Below, in pieces: positions 17,361 to 26,343 of a stretch of 64,000 nucleotides of DNA (position 1 is the first letter of the stretch; each line of letters starts with the position of its first letter). This DNA is from a virus (lineage: Duplodnaviria; Heunggongvirae; Uroviricota; Caudoviricetes), in IMG/VR virus record IMGVR_UViG_3300047409_000308, positions 1 to 64,000 of that record, one strand, 5' to 3'. The translations under genes and the position numbers were made by a program. Below the pieces are notes generated by a model that saw only the letters and a program-made list of their open reading frames with translations, had not been told where the DNA came from and searched no databases.

Positions 17361-17569
17361 TGAAGACTAATGTTGCCTTACCAGAAATCACAGCCAGGAT
17401 CATGTTGATACTGCTCGACCTGTACCTCACCGAGGAAGAAGCAGATGCATGGCTGGATTCAAAAGCGCCTGCCTTTGGCGGGGCCACACCGCGCGAGATG
17501 ATAGCGACGGGACGGGGGAAGGAAGTGATGCGGCTACTCGATGCGACAGTAAGCGGAGCCTATTTATAG
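17360..17569 (+). CDS. Orphan Xre/MbcA/ParS (DUF2384)-like antitoxin toxin-binding domain protein (69 aa)
   Basis: 'EEEADAWLDSKAPAFGGATPREMIATGRGKEVMRLLDATVSGAY' matches the DUF2384 consensus (A..WL....paLgG.tP.e.l.t..G...V...L....yG.y). Confidence 0.5.
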   Translation: MKTNVALPEITARIMLILLDLYLTEEEADAWLDSKAPAFGGATPREMIATGRGKEVMRLLDATVSGAYL

Positions 17570-17578
17570 GGGGGCCAC

Positions 17579-17818
17579 ATGAACATTGTCAGGGTGCTGG
17601 AGATAGCCGTGCTCGCGGTGGGGATATTGCTATTCATCACGCAAATCACCATCCCGCTCTATCGGGGGCGACCCATATTTCCATGGTTCAGGCGCGAGGG
17701 CAAACTGCTGTCCGAAGTGGAGGACCTGCGGCAGCAGAAGGTGGAGCAGGAGTTGCAAGACATCATCAATAAGGCGAAGTCCGGATTGAAGCATCAACCT
17801 AAAAAGGGAAGCAAATGA
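17579..17818 (+). CDS. Small membrane protein (79 aa)
   Basis: N-terminal TM 'VLEIAVLAVGILLFITQITIPL'; overlaps the SPFH gene start. Confidence 0.45.
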   Translation: MNIVRVLEIAVLAVGILLFITQITIPLYRGRPIFPWFRREGKLLSEVEDLRQQKVEQELQDIINKAKSGLKHQPKKGSK

Positions 17819-19020
17819 TTTCATGGAGAGGCATCAGTATTCTCGGCACGGCGGCAGTGGTATTCGTAATCGGTATGTTCGTGCTGTTCAGTTGCGTCGA
17901 ATGGCTCGATGCGAAACATGTCATGGTGATTCAGTACCCGAACGGGGAGCTTGCCGCTTTCACTGAACCAGGACCTAAGCCGCAGTGGTTTGGCAATGTC
18001 ACCACCTATGAGCGCCGCGCACAGATCGCGTTCGGCGAGAAGACCGGCGGGTATCCTGCGCTGCGAGTAAGGTTTAATGACGGAGGGCATGCAGACATGA
18101 CCGGGGCGGTGTCGTGGGAGATACCGATCAAGCCGGAGCAACTGATTCGTTTGCAGAAGGACTTCGCTTCGCAGCAGGCCATCGAGCAGCAGTTGGTGGT
18201 GCGCGCCCTGAATAATGCGGTGTACTTCACCGGCCCCTTGATGTCCTCCACCGAGTCCACTGGCGAGCGGCGGGCGGAGTTGTTGAACTACATCGACGAT
18301 CAGGCGAGGAACGGCGTATTCCAGACGCAGACCCGCGCAGAGAAACAGAAAGACCCGATCACCGGGCAGGAAAAAACCGTCAACGTGGTGGAGATTGTGA
18401 AGGATGCGAAGGGTGTGGTGCAGCGTAACTCAGGTTCGGCCATTGGCGACTATGGCATTGCCCTGATGCCGCCATCGATCAACGAAATCAAGTACGACGA
18501 GGTGGTGGAGAAGCAGATCAAGGAGCGGCAGAACTCCATCACCCAGGTGCAGATTTCGCTAGCGAACGCAAAGCGTGCAGAACAGGACGCCCTCACCACC
18601 GCAAAGCAGGGCGAGGCCAACGCGGCCAAGGCCAAGTGGGAGCAGGAAACCATCAAGGCGAAGGAAGTGACGCTGGCGCAGCAAAAGCTGGAGGTGGCGC
18701 AACTCGGTGCCAAGGAAGCCGAGCAGATCAAGCAGCGTGAGATTCTGCTGGGGCAGGGCGAAGCGCAGCGGCGTCAGCTTGTCATGTCGGCAGATGGAGC
18801 ATTGGACAAGAAGCTCGAAGCGCTGGTGAAAATCAACGAGTTCTATGCCGCAGCCATCAAGGACTACAAGGGCAACTGGGTGCCCAATGTGCAGATGGGC
18901 GGCGACAAAGCCGGAGCGAATCAGGGACTGGCATTGATTGACCTGCTCACCGCCAAGACCGCACGCGACCTCGGCATGGATTTGTCCGTGACTGGAAAAA
19001 GCAACACAACGGGTAAATAA
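17815..19020 (+). CDS. SPFH/band-7 (HflC/prohibitin-like) domain membrane protein (401 aa)
   Basis: N-terminal TM, then an SPFH-like core ('MVIQYPNGELAAF...ALRVRFNDGG...') and a long Ala/Glu/Lys/Gln coiled-coil. Confidence 0.7.
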   Translation: MISWRGISILGTAAVVFVIGMFVLFSCVEWLDAKHVMVIQYPNGELAAFTEPGPKPQWFGNVTTYERRAQIAFGEKTGGYPALRVRFNDGGHADMTGAVSWEIPIKPEQLIRLQKDFASQQAIEQQLVVRALNNAVYFTGPLMSSTESTGERRAELLNYIDDQARNGVFQTQTRAEKQKDPITGQEKTVNVVEIVKDAKGVVQRNSGSAIGDYGIALMPPSINEIKYDEVVEKQIKERQNSITQVQISLANAKRAEQDALTTAKQGEANAAKAKWEQETIKAKEVTLAQQKLEVAQLGAKEAEQIKQREILLGQGEAQRRQLVMSADGALDKKLEALVKINEFYAAAIKDYKGNWVPNVQMGGDKAGANQGLALIDLLTAKTARDLGMDLSVTGKSNTTGK

Positions 19021-19023
19021 AAG

Positions 19024-19434
19024 ATGAAAACAGTTTTAATCCGCAATGGTGCGTGGCACTACTGGCTTGCCAGAGAAGGTGGATATAGACCGGAACACGA
19101 CGAACCTGACCTATGCACCTACATGGCCGCGATAGGCAAGACTATTGTGGCTGGCTTGTTCGTAGCTATGGTCATATCCATCGCCTGTGGTGGAACTATT
19201 TATCTCTTGGCTGATTTCATCGGCTGGTTCATCGCCGTACTGTACTGGGGGTGGGTGCCACTTGAGGCACCAGGCATGGTATTCGTAATGCTTGTCGGCT
19301 GTGGAATTGGTGCCCTTCTATTTAAGTGCCTATGTGAACTTCTGGGTATGGCAGTAGAGCACACACCTGACTTCGTACCCGCTGCCTATGAATCCTTCCG
19401 CGACAAGGTGTGTTTCAAGATCAGGATTGAATGA
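19024..19434 (+). CDS. Polytopic membrane protein (136 aa)
   Basis: Three to four hydrophobic segments. Confidence 0.5.
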   Translation: MKTVLIRNGAWHYWLAREGGYRPEHDEPDLCTYMAAIGKTIVAGLFVAMVISIACGGTIYLLADFIGWFIAVLYWGWVPLEAPGMVFVMLVGCGIGALLFKCLCELLGMAVEHTPDFVPAAYESFRDKVCFKIRIE

Positions 19435-19435
19435 C

Positions 19436-20356
19436 ATGAGCAAAATTGTCAACGCCAGCAACCTCCCGGCCAGCATCTACCGCCTGCTCGTCAACATTTT
19501 AAATCGTGACGACTACACCAAGGGTGCGGCGCACCTGTCCGTTACGCAGTTGATCGGCCCCCCGCGCATCCGGGTGCTGCGCCAGTTGCACGATGCCGAG
19601 GTGGAGATAGATGCAGCCTCGTCCTTGTGGCAGCTTATTGGGCGGGCGATGCATAAGGTGCTCGAAGGCGGGGCCGATGCCGGGCACCGGGCCGAGGAAC
19701 GCCTATTCGCCACTGTGGGTGGCGTGCGCATTTCCGGGGCCATGGACTTGCAGGAGGAAGGCGTGACGGTGCCATCGCTGCATGTGAACGATTGGAAGAT
19801 GACATCTGTGTTTGCATTGAAGGAGACAAAACCAGAGTGGGAACAGCAACTCAACATGTACGCCGAGCTATGCCGCCTGAACGGCAGAACTCCGACGCGG
19901 CTGACGGTGACTGCGATCCTGCGGGACTGGTCACACACAAAAATCCAGAACTATTCCGACTATCCGCAAGCACCAATACAGGTGGTGGATGTGCCGATGT
20001 GGACGCCGCAGGATGCAAACGACTACCTGCATAAGCGCATCGAACTGCATCTCGAAGCACAGCGGGCGGCGGACTTTGGGGAACCGCTGCCACTCTGTAC
20101 GAAGGAAGAACGATGGGAGCGGGAGGATAAGTTCGCGGTGATGAAGGTGGGCGGCAAGCGGGCGGTGAAGGTGTACGACACCGAGGCTGAAGCAATGGCC
20201 CATCCTGGGGTGCTGCAACGCGGCAGTCAATTACGCATTGAGAAACGTCCGGGTGAACCGATACGCTGCCTCTCGTACTGTAGCGTTTCACGCTGGTGTA
20301 CTTTCGGACAGCAGGCATTGGCTGCGTCAACTATTAAGGGAGTCAAAGATGAATGA
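19436..20356 (+). CDS. PD-(D/E)xK exonuclease (Cas4/RecB-like, C-terminal Cys cluster), partner of the ERF recombinase (306 aa)
   Basis: 'ISGAMDLQEEG...LHVNDWKMTS' gives D...D/E-x-K. C-terminal 'CLSYCSVSRWC'. Confidence 0.6.
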   Translation: MSKIVNASNLPASIYRLLVNILNRDDYTKGAAHLSVTQLIGPPRIRVLRQLHDAEVEIDAASSLWQLIGRAMHKVLEGGADAGHRAEERLFATVGGVRISGAMDLQEEGVTVPSLHVNDWKMTSVFALKETKPEWEQQLNMYAELCRLNGRTPTRLTVTAILRDWSHTKIQNYSDYPQAPIQVVDVPMWTPQDANDYLHKRIELHLEAQRAADFGEPLPLCTKEERWEREDKFAVMKVGGKRAVKVYDTEAEAMAHPGVLQRGSQLRIEKRPGEPIRCLSYCSVSRWCTFGQQALAASTIKGVKDE

Positions 20357-21107
20357 AATGGAAAGTGCTGCTGGTAAGCCGAAGACGCAGATTTACGCAA
20401 GCGGTTATCAAGCCCCAACACCCGTTATGAACCCAGGTCCGAACGTGCTCGGTGCCATGCACCGGGTGATGCAGGCAGTGGGCTATGCGCAGAAGCAAGG
20501 GGAGAACGAGTTTCACGGCTACAAGTACGTGACCGAGGCCGATGCCATTGCAGCCTTGCGTCCGGCCATGGTGACAGAGGGATTGATTTTGATTCCCTCC
20601 ACTGATCGCATCTGGATGGACGAGCAGGGCAACACCCATGTGCTCATCCGCTACACCCTGTTCCATGCGGGGAGCGGGGAGTCAGTGTCTTTTTTCGTGC
20701 CGGGGTCGGGGAACGACATGGCGAAGAACGGCAAGGTGGGGGACAAGGGGGTCTATAAGGCGCTCACTGGCGCATCGAAATACGCATTGCTGAAGACCTT
20801 CCTGATGGAGACAGGCGAGGACCCGGAGGTGGCGTCAGTCCATGACAAGGAAGCCGTGGGCACGCATACGCCGGAGGAAGAAGGGCACCTGAAAGCGGCG
20901 CTCGCCTTTGCCCAGGCGATGATTACCGATGCGGCCAAGGCGGGAAACGATGCGGTGCTGAACGACCTGTGGCGGCAGCAGCATGCCGGGATCGAGCATC
21001 TGCGCAGCAACTACCCGGAAGTGTTCGCCAAGGTGCGCAATGCCTTCACCAAGCGCAAGGAAGAACTGGCTCAATCACCCAAGACGGAAGGAGAACAACA
21101 TGCGTAA
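20349..21107 (+). CDS. ERF-family single-strand annealing protein (252 aa)
   Basis: 'FHGYKYVTEADAIAALRPAMVTEGLILIP' and '...ASKYALLKTFLMETGEDPE' are typical of the ERF family. Confidence 0.8.
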   Translation: MNEMESAAGKPKTQIYASGYQAPTPVMNPGPNVLGAMHRVMQAVGYAQKQGENEFHGYKYVTEADAIAALRPAMVTEGLILIPSTDRIWMDEQGNTHVLIRYTLFHAGSGESVSFFVPGSGNDMAKNGKVGDKGVYKALTGASKYALLKTFLMETGEDPEVASVHDKEAVGTHTPEEEGHLKAALAFAQAMITDAAKAGNDAVLNDLWRQQHAGIEHLRSNYPEVFAKVRNAFTKRKEELAQSPKTEGEQHA

Positions 21108-21423
21108 CGAGTACACCCCGCGCGAGGATAGCGGTGCGCTATTCATCAACACCAAGAAGGTTGCCGGTTCCAAGCAGCCGGACTACCAGGGGGACCTTGC
21201 CTTATCCGCTGATCTGGTAAAGCACCTGCAAGCGACGCTGACAGCAGGCAAGGTGCCGACACTGCGGCTGGCTGGATGGAAGCGCGTATCCAAGGGTGGT
21301 ACGGCATGGCTGTCGCTGCAACCAGCCAAGCCTTACGTCCCAGGACAGCAAGCCTACGCGCCGAAGGGCACAACAAAACCGCCAGTGGGATTTGACGAAG
21401 ACAAAGACGGTATACCTTTCTGA
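21100..21423 (+). CDS. Small protein with SSB-like acidic C-terminal tip 'DEDKDGIPF' (107 aa)
   Basis: GGAGAA RBS. C-terminal D-I-P-F motif identical in type to the bacterial SSB tail. Located after the SSAP, as phage SSBs usually are. Confidence 0.45.
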   Translation: MRNEYTPREDSGALFINTKKVAGSKQPDYQGDLALSADLVKHLQATLTAGKVPTLRLAGWKRVSKGGTAWLSLQPAKPYVPGQQAYAPKGTTKPPVGFDEDKDGIPF

Positions 21424-21424
21424 C

Positions 21425-22405
21425 ATGGACAACAACGGAGACAACATGGAAACCAACGCAGTACCGGAAACGCCTGCGACGCGGACGATGCAGTATGCGG
21501 TGGCCGAGGCGGCGAGGAAACATGAGGAACGGGAGAAACGGATTGCCGAGGTGGCGGACTACATCAAGGCGCACCCGGAGACGGTGAGGCCGAACATCAT
21601 TACGCACTTCGCCGAGCAATACCAGATATCCAGGAGCGGCGTCACCAACTACTATGAAGTCGCCCAAGCGCGACTCAATGGGACCGTCACGGCAAGGGCA
21701 CAGCGCGTCGTCGGCGGGCCAGCCAAGCCCATCGTGGTGAACGGGGTGCGCTACTACAGCAACTCGGCGGTGGCGCGGTTCCTACGCATCGAACCGGGCA
21801 CACTCTCTTACTGGAACCACACCGGCAAGGGCATCAAGTCCTCCACGGTGGTGTCGCCGAGGACCGGGAAAACCTACCAGATGTACACCCGCGCCGAGGT
21901 GGAAACCTGGAAGGCCGCACACACCGACTTGCTCGCCAAGGTGAAGCGGACCAAGGTGGAGGCGAAAAGTGGTACGGCATTGCAGCAGAAAAAATCGACC
22001 AAGCAGTCCGCAACGAACCTAAAACCACTGTTGGAGGCGGAGCAATCCGGGCTGATCGTCGGAGCCAGGGGGCTCGCTGCGTACTTCGGCGTTTCCCATC
22101 CGAAGATGAAGTATTACCTCGCAAACTTCGGCAAACCGGAGCATGTCCTCATTCACCGTTCCGGGACTCCAGCCTTTGGCTACACCTCGGAGGAGGCAGA
22201 TGCCTGGGCTGCGAGTCATTCCGCATTGGGCCTTATCGCTGTAAAGGTGGTGCGTAAGCCCGCTGCCAAAGCACAGGCTGGTTCCGCCTCGCCAGGGGAT
22301 GCCATCAGCCAGCGCACCCTGGAACTTACCCAGGCGAGGGACATGGCGCAGGCAGCCCTGGATGCCTGGAACGAGCGCCTTGCCAAGCTGTTCAGCGATG
22401 TCTAA
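21425..22405 (+). CDS. Hypothetical protein (326 aa)
   Basis: ATG one nt after the upstream stop; long ORF. Confidence 0.55.
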   Translation: MDNNGDNMETNAVPETPATRTMQYAVAEAARKHEEREKRIAEVADYIKAHPETVRPNIITHFAEQYQISRSGVTNYYEVAQARLNGTVTARAQRVVGGPAKPIVVNGVRYYSNSAVARFLRIEPGTLSYWNHTGKGIKSSTVVSPRTGKTYQMYTRAEVETWKAAHTDLLAKVKRTKVEAKSGTALQQKKSTKQSATNLKPLLEAEQSGLIVGARGLAAYFGVSHPKMKYYLANFGKPEHVLIHRSGTPAFGYTSEEADAWAASHSALGLIAVKVVRKPAAKAQAGSASPGDAISQRTLELTQARDMAQAALDAWNERLAKLFSDV

Positions 22406-22964
22406 ACCCTACAATGCCATGCCGTTCGAGGCGGTGAAGGTGTCGCTGCGCCAGAACCGGGAGGGGGTGATGGTGTCCTTTGTCGTCCATCCTGACGACA
22501 TCCAGCCGTTCCTGCTCACCGATCCGGTCGGGACCCGGTATCAGCTTGTGGCGGTGCGGTTGGGGGATGGTGTGGAAATAGCCCAGGAAGGTGCCGCAAA
22601 GGCCCTGGAACGCACGCCTGGGCGCACAACGGGGTCCGGTAGGGGTAAGGGTACTCCCGGCGAGAAGTCTCCTGGGAACCCCCTGGAAGTGGCACAGCAG
22701 AACGTCGTCGCCAGCGCTGGCATCCTGTGCCGTGACAAGCGGTTTCAGGATTGGGTGGGTTACAGACGCCTTGTAGCCAAGAGCGGGAGCACGCCAGTCA
22801 CGGTTTGGCCGCAGGCAAGCGAAGTCGAAGCGGTGGAATGGCTGCTGGAACAATGCGGGGTGAAGTCCAGGGTGGCGCTGAAGACAAACGAGGTGGCAAG
22901 GGCCAATTTCTTTGGGGTGAGGAAATCGTTCGACGCGTGGGCGGAGAGCACACCACCGTTCTAA
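22398..22964 (+). CDS. Hypothetical protein (188 aa)
   Basis: ATG overlapping the upstream stop; in frame with track ORF 22299..22964. Confidence 0.5.
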   Translation: MSKPYNAMPFEAVKVSLRQNREGVMVSFVVHPDDIQPFLLTDPVGTRYQLVAVRLGDGVEIAQEGAAKALERTPGRTTGSGRGKGTPGEKSPGNPLEVAQQNVVASAGILCRDKRFQDWVGYRRLVAKSGSTPVTVWPQASEVEAVEWLLEQCGVKSRVALKTNEVARANFFGVRKSFDAWAESTPPF

Positions 22965-22990
22965 TGTTTAAACAAGGAGATTGAACAAGG

Positions 22991-23491
22991 ATGAAAGAAA
23001 TGTCGTGGGATAACATTAATAAAAGCGGCTGGCCTGACGGACCCTGGAAGTTCGAGAAAGATAAAATCCAGTTCGAGGACGAGGCCACCGGGCTGCCCTG
23101 CCTGATCGTGCGCAACCCAGGCGGGGCTTTGTGTGGTTACGTCGGCATCACCGAAGGCCATCCCCTGTTCGGCAGGGATTACAACGAGCCGGACTTCCCC
23201 ACCCTGGATGTGCATGGTGGGCTGACCTTCAGCGATTTCTGCGCCGACTCCGAGGACGAAACCCGGCATATCTGCCACCTGCCTGAGCCTGGGGAACCGC
23301 ACCGAGTTTATTGGCTGGGTTTCGATTGTAACCATTGGGATGATTACATGCCCGCCTACGAGAAACTGAGCGCCATCCTCGATGGGGAGTACCGGAACGT
23401 AGCCTACGTGCAGGCTGAGTGCGCAAAATTAGCCGAAGGACTAATCCACCTGCAATGGGGACTGGCTCAACAAATCAAGGAGTTGGCATGA
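22991..23491 (+). CDS. Hypothetical protein (166 aa)
   Basis: AAGGAGA RBS: 'aAGGAGAttgaacaaggATG'. Confidence 0.55.
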   Translation: MKEMSWDNINKSGWPDGPWKFEKDKIQFEDEATGLPCLIVRNPGGALCGYVGITEGHPLFGRDYNEPDFPTLDVHGGLTFSDFCADSEDETRHICHLPEPGEPHRVYWLGFDCNHWDDYMPAYEKLSAILDGEYRNVAYVQAECAKLAEGLIHLQWGLAQQIKELA

Positions 23492-23697
23492 ACGCAGTGT
23501 TCGCAATACTGCTGTTTGCCGCAGTGACCTATGGCCTGCTGTGGGGGCAAATGTGGATTATCTATACCCTTTTCGCCATTGGCTTCGTCATCTGTCTGCT
23601 GACTGACCCAAACCTGGGGCTGATACTCGGCCTAGCCCTGATGGCGTGGTTCGGCTACACGATAGGCTTCGGCGAGGGTAAGCAGGATAAGCCATAA
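23488..23697 (+). CDS. Small membrane protein (69 aa)
   Basis: ATGA overlap; two hydrophobic helices. Confidence 0.45.
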   Translation: MNAVFAILLFAAVTYGLLWGQMWIIYTLFAIGFVICLLTDPNLGLILGLALMAWFGYTIGFGEGKQDKP

Positions 23698-23708
23698 GCG
23701 CCGCCATC

Positions 23709-23930
23709 ATGAAACCGAAACCTTTCTACATGGTGAGACTGGCTGGCGGAATTTGGGAGCCAAAGGTGAAGCACACCACCCTGGCTAAAGCCATGGAAGT
23801 TGCATTCAAGATGGCTAAGAAACACAACACACGCGCTACGGTAATCACTTCCGTATCGATGGTGGAAGTGGTGGACGGGAAGCCTGTCTGGACAGACAGA
23901 ATGCGCAGGGAATTGACAGGCAAGCAATAA
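23709..23930 (+). CDS. Hypothetical protein (73 aa)
   Basis: Short ORF; the last gene before the terminator-like hairpin. Confidence 0.45.
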   Translation: MKPKPFYMVRLAGGIWEPKVKHTTLAKAMEVAFKMAKKHNTRATVITSVSMVEVVDGKPVWTDRMRRELTGKQ

Positions 23931-23974
23931 CCCGGCATCATAAACGTGCAATGTGTTGGCATTGTACGCATGAC

Positions 23975-24062
23975 GAAGCCACATTCTCCTCATGCTTCTC
24001 ACCCGAAAGGGCCGGTGCCAACACACCGGGGAAGCATGAACAGACTGTGGCTTTTTCTTTTC
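23975..24062 (+). terminator. Long imperfect hairpin (about 20-bp stem with an internal ccc-gaaa-ggg stem-loop) followed by TTTTTCTTTT. Candidate intrinsic terminator.
   Basis: 'gaagccacattctcctcatgcttc...gaagcatgaacagactgtggcTTTTTCTTTT'. Confidence 0.45.
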
Positions 24063-24280
24063 CGGTTGCCGTCAGATCGCGTTAGCTAATGGCCGAGTCC
24101 GGGCGCAATCAGAACAGGGCCAGCATATCCGAGGGCTGTATATATCGGAGGGGGCACAAATCCAGGCTCTGTAAACCGGCACGCAACCTGGTCCCATTTT
24201 GAGGGCTAACGAGTACCCATCATCCCCCCGTGCGGAGGATCATGAGGGAAAGAGCCGGTCCTATTGTCTAACGGAACGTA

Positions 24281-24613
24281 ATGTCCATCTGTAAAGGCTG
24301 TGGGTTGGAGGTGCGCTGGCTTAAGATTGGGCGCAGTTGGCATTGTCGGAATGCCGACAACACTGACCATCGTGAGTTGTGTAAACAGATGCGCTTGTTC
24401 GAGGGAAAGGAGACTGGAGATTTATATCGTGTAAAACCAAAACCCAAGCCAAAGAATAAAAGAGAACAGAAAAACACACCGATAATCGATTACATCGAGG
24501 GCAAGGAAATCATTGGCGCGAACTTCAGGAGGGACGATGCCTGCAAGCATTGCGTTCCACCCTGGGAAGATTGCCCTGGATGCCCGCTTCAATTTAATCA
24601 GGAGAATAAATGA
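24281..24613 (+). CDS. Zinc-finger protein (110 aa)
   Basis: 'CKGCG...WHCRNADN' and 'CKHC...CPGCP' Cys pairs. Confidence 0.5.
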   Translation: MSICKGCGLEVRWLKIGRSWHCRNADNTDHRELCKQMRLFEGKETGDLYRVKPKPKPKNKREQKNTPIIDYIEGKEIIGANFRRDDACKHCVPPWEDCPGCPLQFNQENK

Positions 24614-24801
24614 TATGTCCTTGCGGTGGACCGATTAAATACAGCGAATCCGTCAACAAGAAGCTGGGCATTGTTGTTTATTCGCGGCGATGCCCTGCCT
24701 GCCATCGGGAGGAAAAGAGCGTGGATGAAGTGCAGTGGCTGGCACCGGCTGCATTCTGGGCGAAGCATAAACAGGAACACACAGGAGCACCCAAGACTTG
24801 A
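24610..24801 (+). CDS. Small zinc-ribbon protein (63 aa)
   Basis: 'CPCGG...CPACH'; ATGA overlap. Confidence 0.45.
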   Translation: MICPCGGPIKYSESVNKKLGIVVYSRRCPACHREEKSVDEVQWLAPAAFWAKHKQEHTGAPKT

Positions 24802-25049
24802 GCACTGAACCCACGCTTTCACAGCAATTGCGGCAGCAGGTAAGGGGCAACTTAAAAAGCCCTGCATTCATCCGGCAAATGGAAGCGCTGATGATGCAAG
24901 CTGCGTATTGTTTAGACGAGCTTGAAAAACAGCTTGCCGAAGCGAACCGCACTATCGATGATTGCTGCATCAAGGGTGCAGAACTTGAGCGCAGGCTGGC
25001 TGCCATCGATGCGCTGAACGAATTGAAAAAGGCAGTGATGAAATCATGA
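24798..25049 (+). CDS. Hypothetical coiled-coil protein (83 aa)
   Basis: TTGA overlap with upstream gene. Confidence 0.45.
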   Translation: MSTEPTLSQQLRQQVRGNLKSPAFIRQMEALMMQAAYCLDELEKQLAEANRTIDDCCIKGAELERRLAAIDALNELKKAVMKS

Positions 25050-25234
25050 CCCTCACCTTCCCCTGGTGGGCCTTTCCCCTCGCCTCGGTGCTCGGGGGCT
25101 TTGCGCTCATGATCTATTTTGCTTTGCATCCGCGCGGGGACTTCGATCTGGTGAGCCCGATGGTGGGTGCGGCCTGCTTCCTTGTCGGCCTCACCACCGC
25201 CATTGCCATGGTAGTAGGGAAACTCTGGCTGTGA
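25046..25234 (+). CDS. Small membrane protein (62 aa)
   Basis: Two hydrophobic helices. Confidence 0.45.
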   Translation: MTLTFPWWAFPLASVLGGFALMIYFALHPRGDFDLVSPMVGAACFLVGLTTAIAMVVGKLWL

Positions 25235-25458
25235 GTACGCTGCGTGAGGAGATCATTGCCAAACTGCGCGAGCCGAAATGGAACGCGGGGCAGGGCCGAA
25301 GGGAGCAGCGCATGGTGGCGCTCACGGCGGAGGAGGCTGAACGCATCATCTGCGACCTGAAGTATGCCGGATGGGCCTATGCTCAGTTAGAGCGTATCGA
25401 GGTGGAGAACGCGGGTGAACCTGTGTTGCTGCGCAGGAAGGGCGACAAGCAACCGTAA
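25231..25458 (+). CDS. Hypothetical protein (75 aa), GTG start
   Basis: GTGA overlap with upstream gene. Confidence 0.4.
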   Translation: MSTLREEIIAKLREPKWNAGQGRREQRMVALTAEEAERIICDLKYAGWAYAQLERIEVENAGEPVLLRRKGDKQP

Positions 25459-25473
25459 CAAATAAGGAGACAG

Positions 25474-26343
25474 ATGGAATTATTGACGGTGGCTGAATGC
25501 CTGCGGCTGTACTTGCAGGCGAGGGCTGGACTGATCGTTGACGAGGAACGGGCGCTGATTGCGGTGGAACGGCTTGAAGCGCGCATCGTGGTGGAAGCGG
25601 TAGGGGCGGGACTGTTCGATGCCACGGCCCGCTATGCGCGGCAGCGTGGGATGGAGGTGGCTTCCTCCACGGTGCGGCGGGAACTGGGGGTGCTGAAGGC
25701 AGCCCTGCAATGGGCGTGGAAGTCGGGGAGGATTGCCTTCGTGCCTGCGCTGCATGCGGCCAAGTCGATGCCGCCGAAGCTGCGGGTGCTGAACGATGCG
25801 GAGTTAAAGGCGCTAGTGTCTGCGGCAGAGAAGCAGCCAGTGTGGTTATACAACTTCGTCCTGCTGCTCCTCCTAACCGGACAGCGTAAGTCAGCGGTGC
25901 TGAATCTGCGGTATTTCCAGATCGACCTTAAAAACAGGGTGATTAACTTTCCAGACCCATACATGCCTTTGGCGGAGCGCCGCAAGGGCAGGGGAACGGT
26001 GCCGATGAACGATGAACTGTATGCCCTGCTCAAGCCAGCAATGGAGAACATTGGGTTCGAGCACCTGCATGACTATGTTATCCACAACAAGGGCCAGCGT
26101 GTCTTCCACGTCTATCGGGACTGGGAGAGGATGACCAAGGCTGCTGGTTTAAACGGTGTTACACCGCATGTGCTGCGACATACCGTGGCCACGAACCTCG
26201 TCCGGGATAACGCGAATATCTATCAGGTATCGAAACTCCTGGGACATGCCTCGGTGCAGACGACTGAACGTTGCTATGTCACGCATAATCCGGAGAACCT
26301 GCGGGGGATGATGAACCACGTCAGCGCGAGGGGCAAAGCATGA
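25474..26343 (+). CDS. int: Tyrosine recombinase / phage integrase family protein (289 aa)
   Basis: C-terminal catalytic motifs 'HVLRHTVATNL' and 'LLGHASVQTTERCY' (R-H-R-Y). AAGGAGA RBS. Confidence 0.85.
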   Translation: MELLTVAECLRLYLQARAGLIVDEERALIAVERLEARIVVEAVGAGLFDATARYARQRGMEVASSTVRRELGVLKAALQWAWKSGRIAFVPALHAAKSMPPKLRVLNDAELKALVSAAEKQPVWLYNFVLLLLLTGQRKSAVLNLRYFQIDLKNRVINFPDPYMPLAERRKGRGTVPMNDELYALLKPAMENIGFEHLHDYVIHNKGQRVFHVYRDWERMTKAAGLNGVTPHVLRHTVATNLVRDNANIYQVSKLLGHASVQTTERCYVTHNPENLRGMMNHVSARGKA

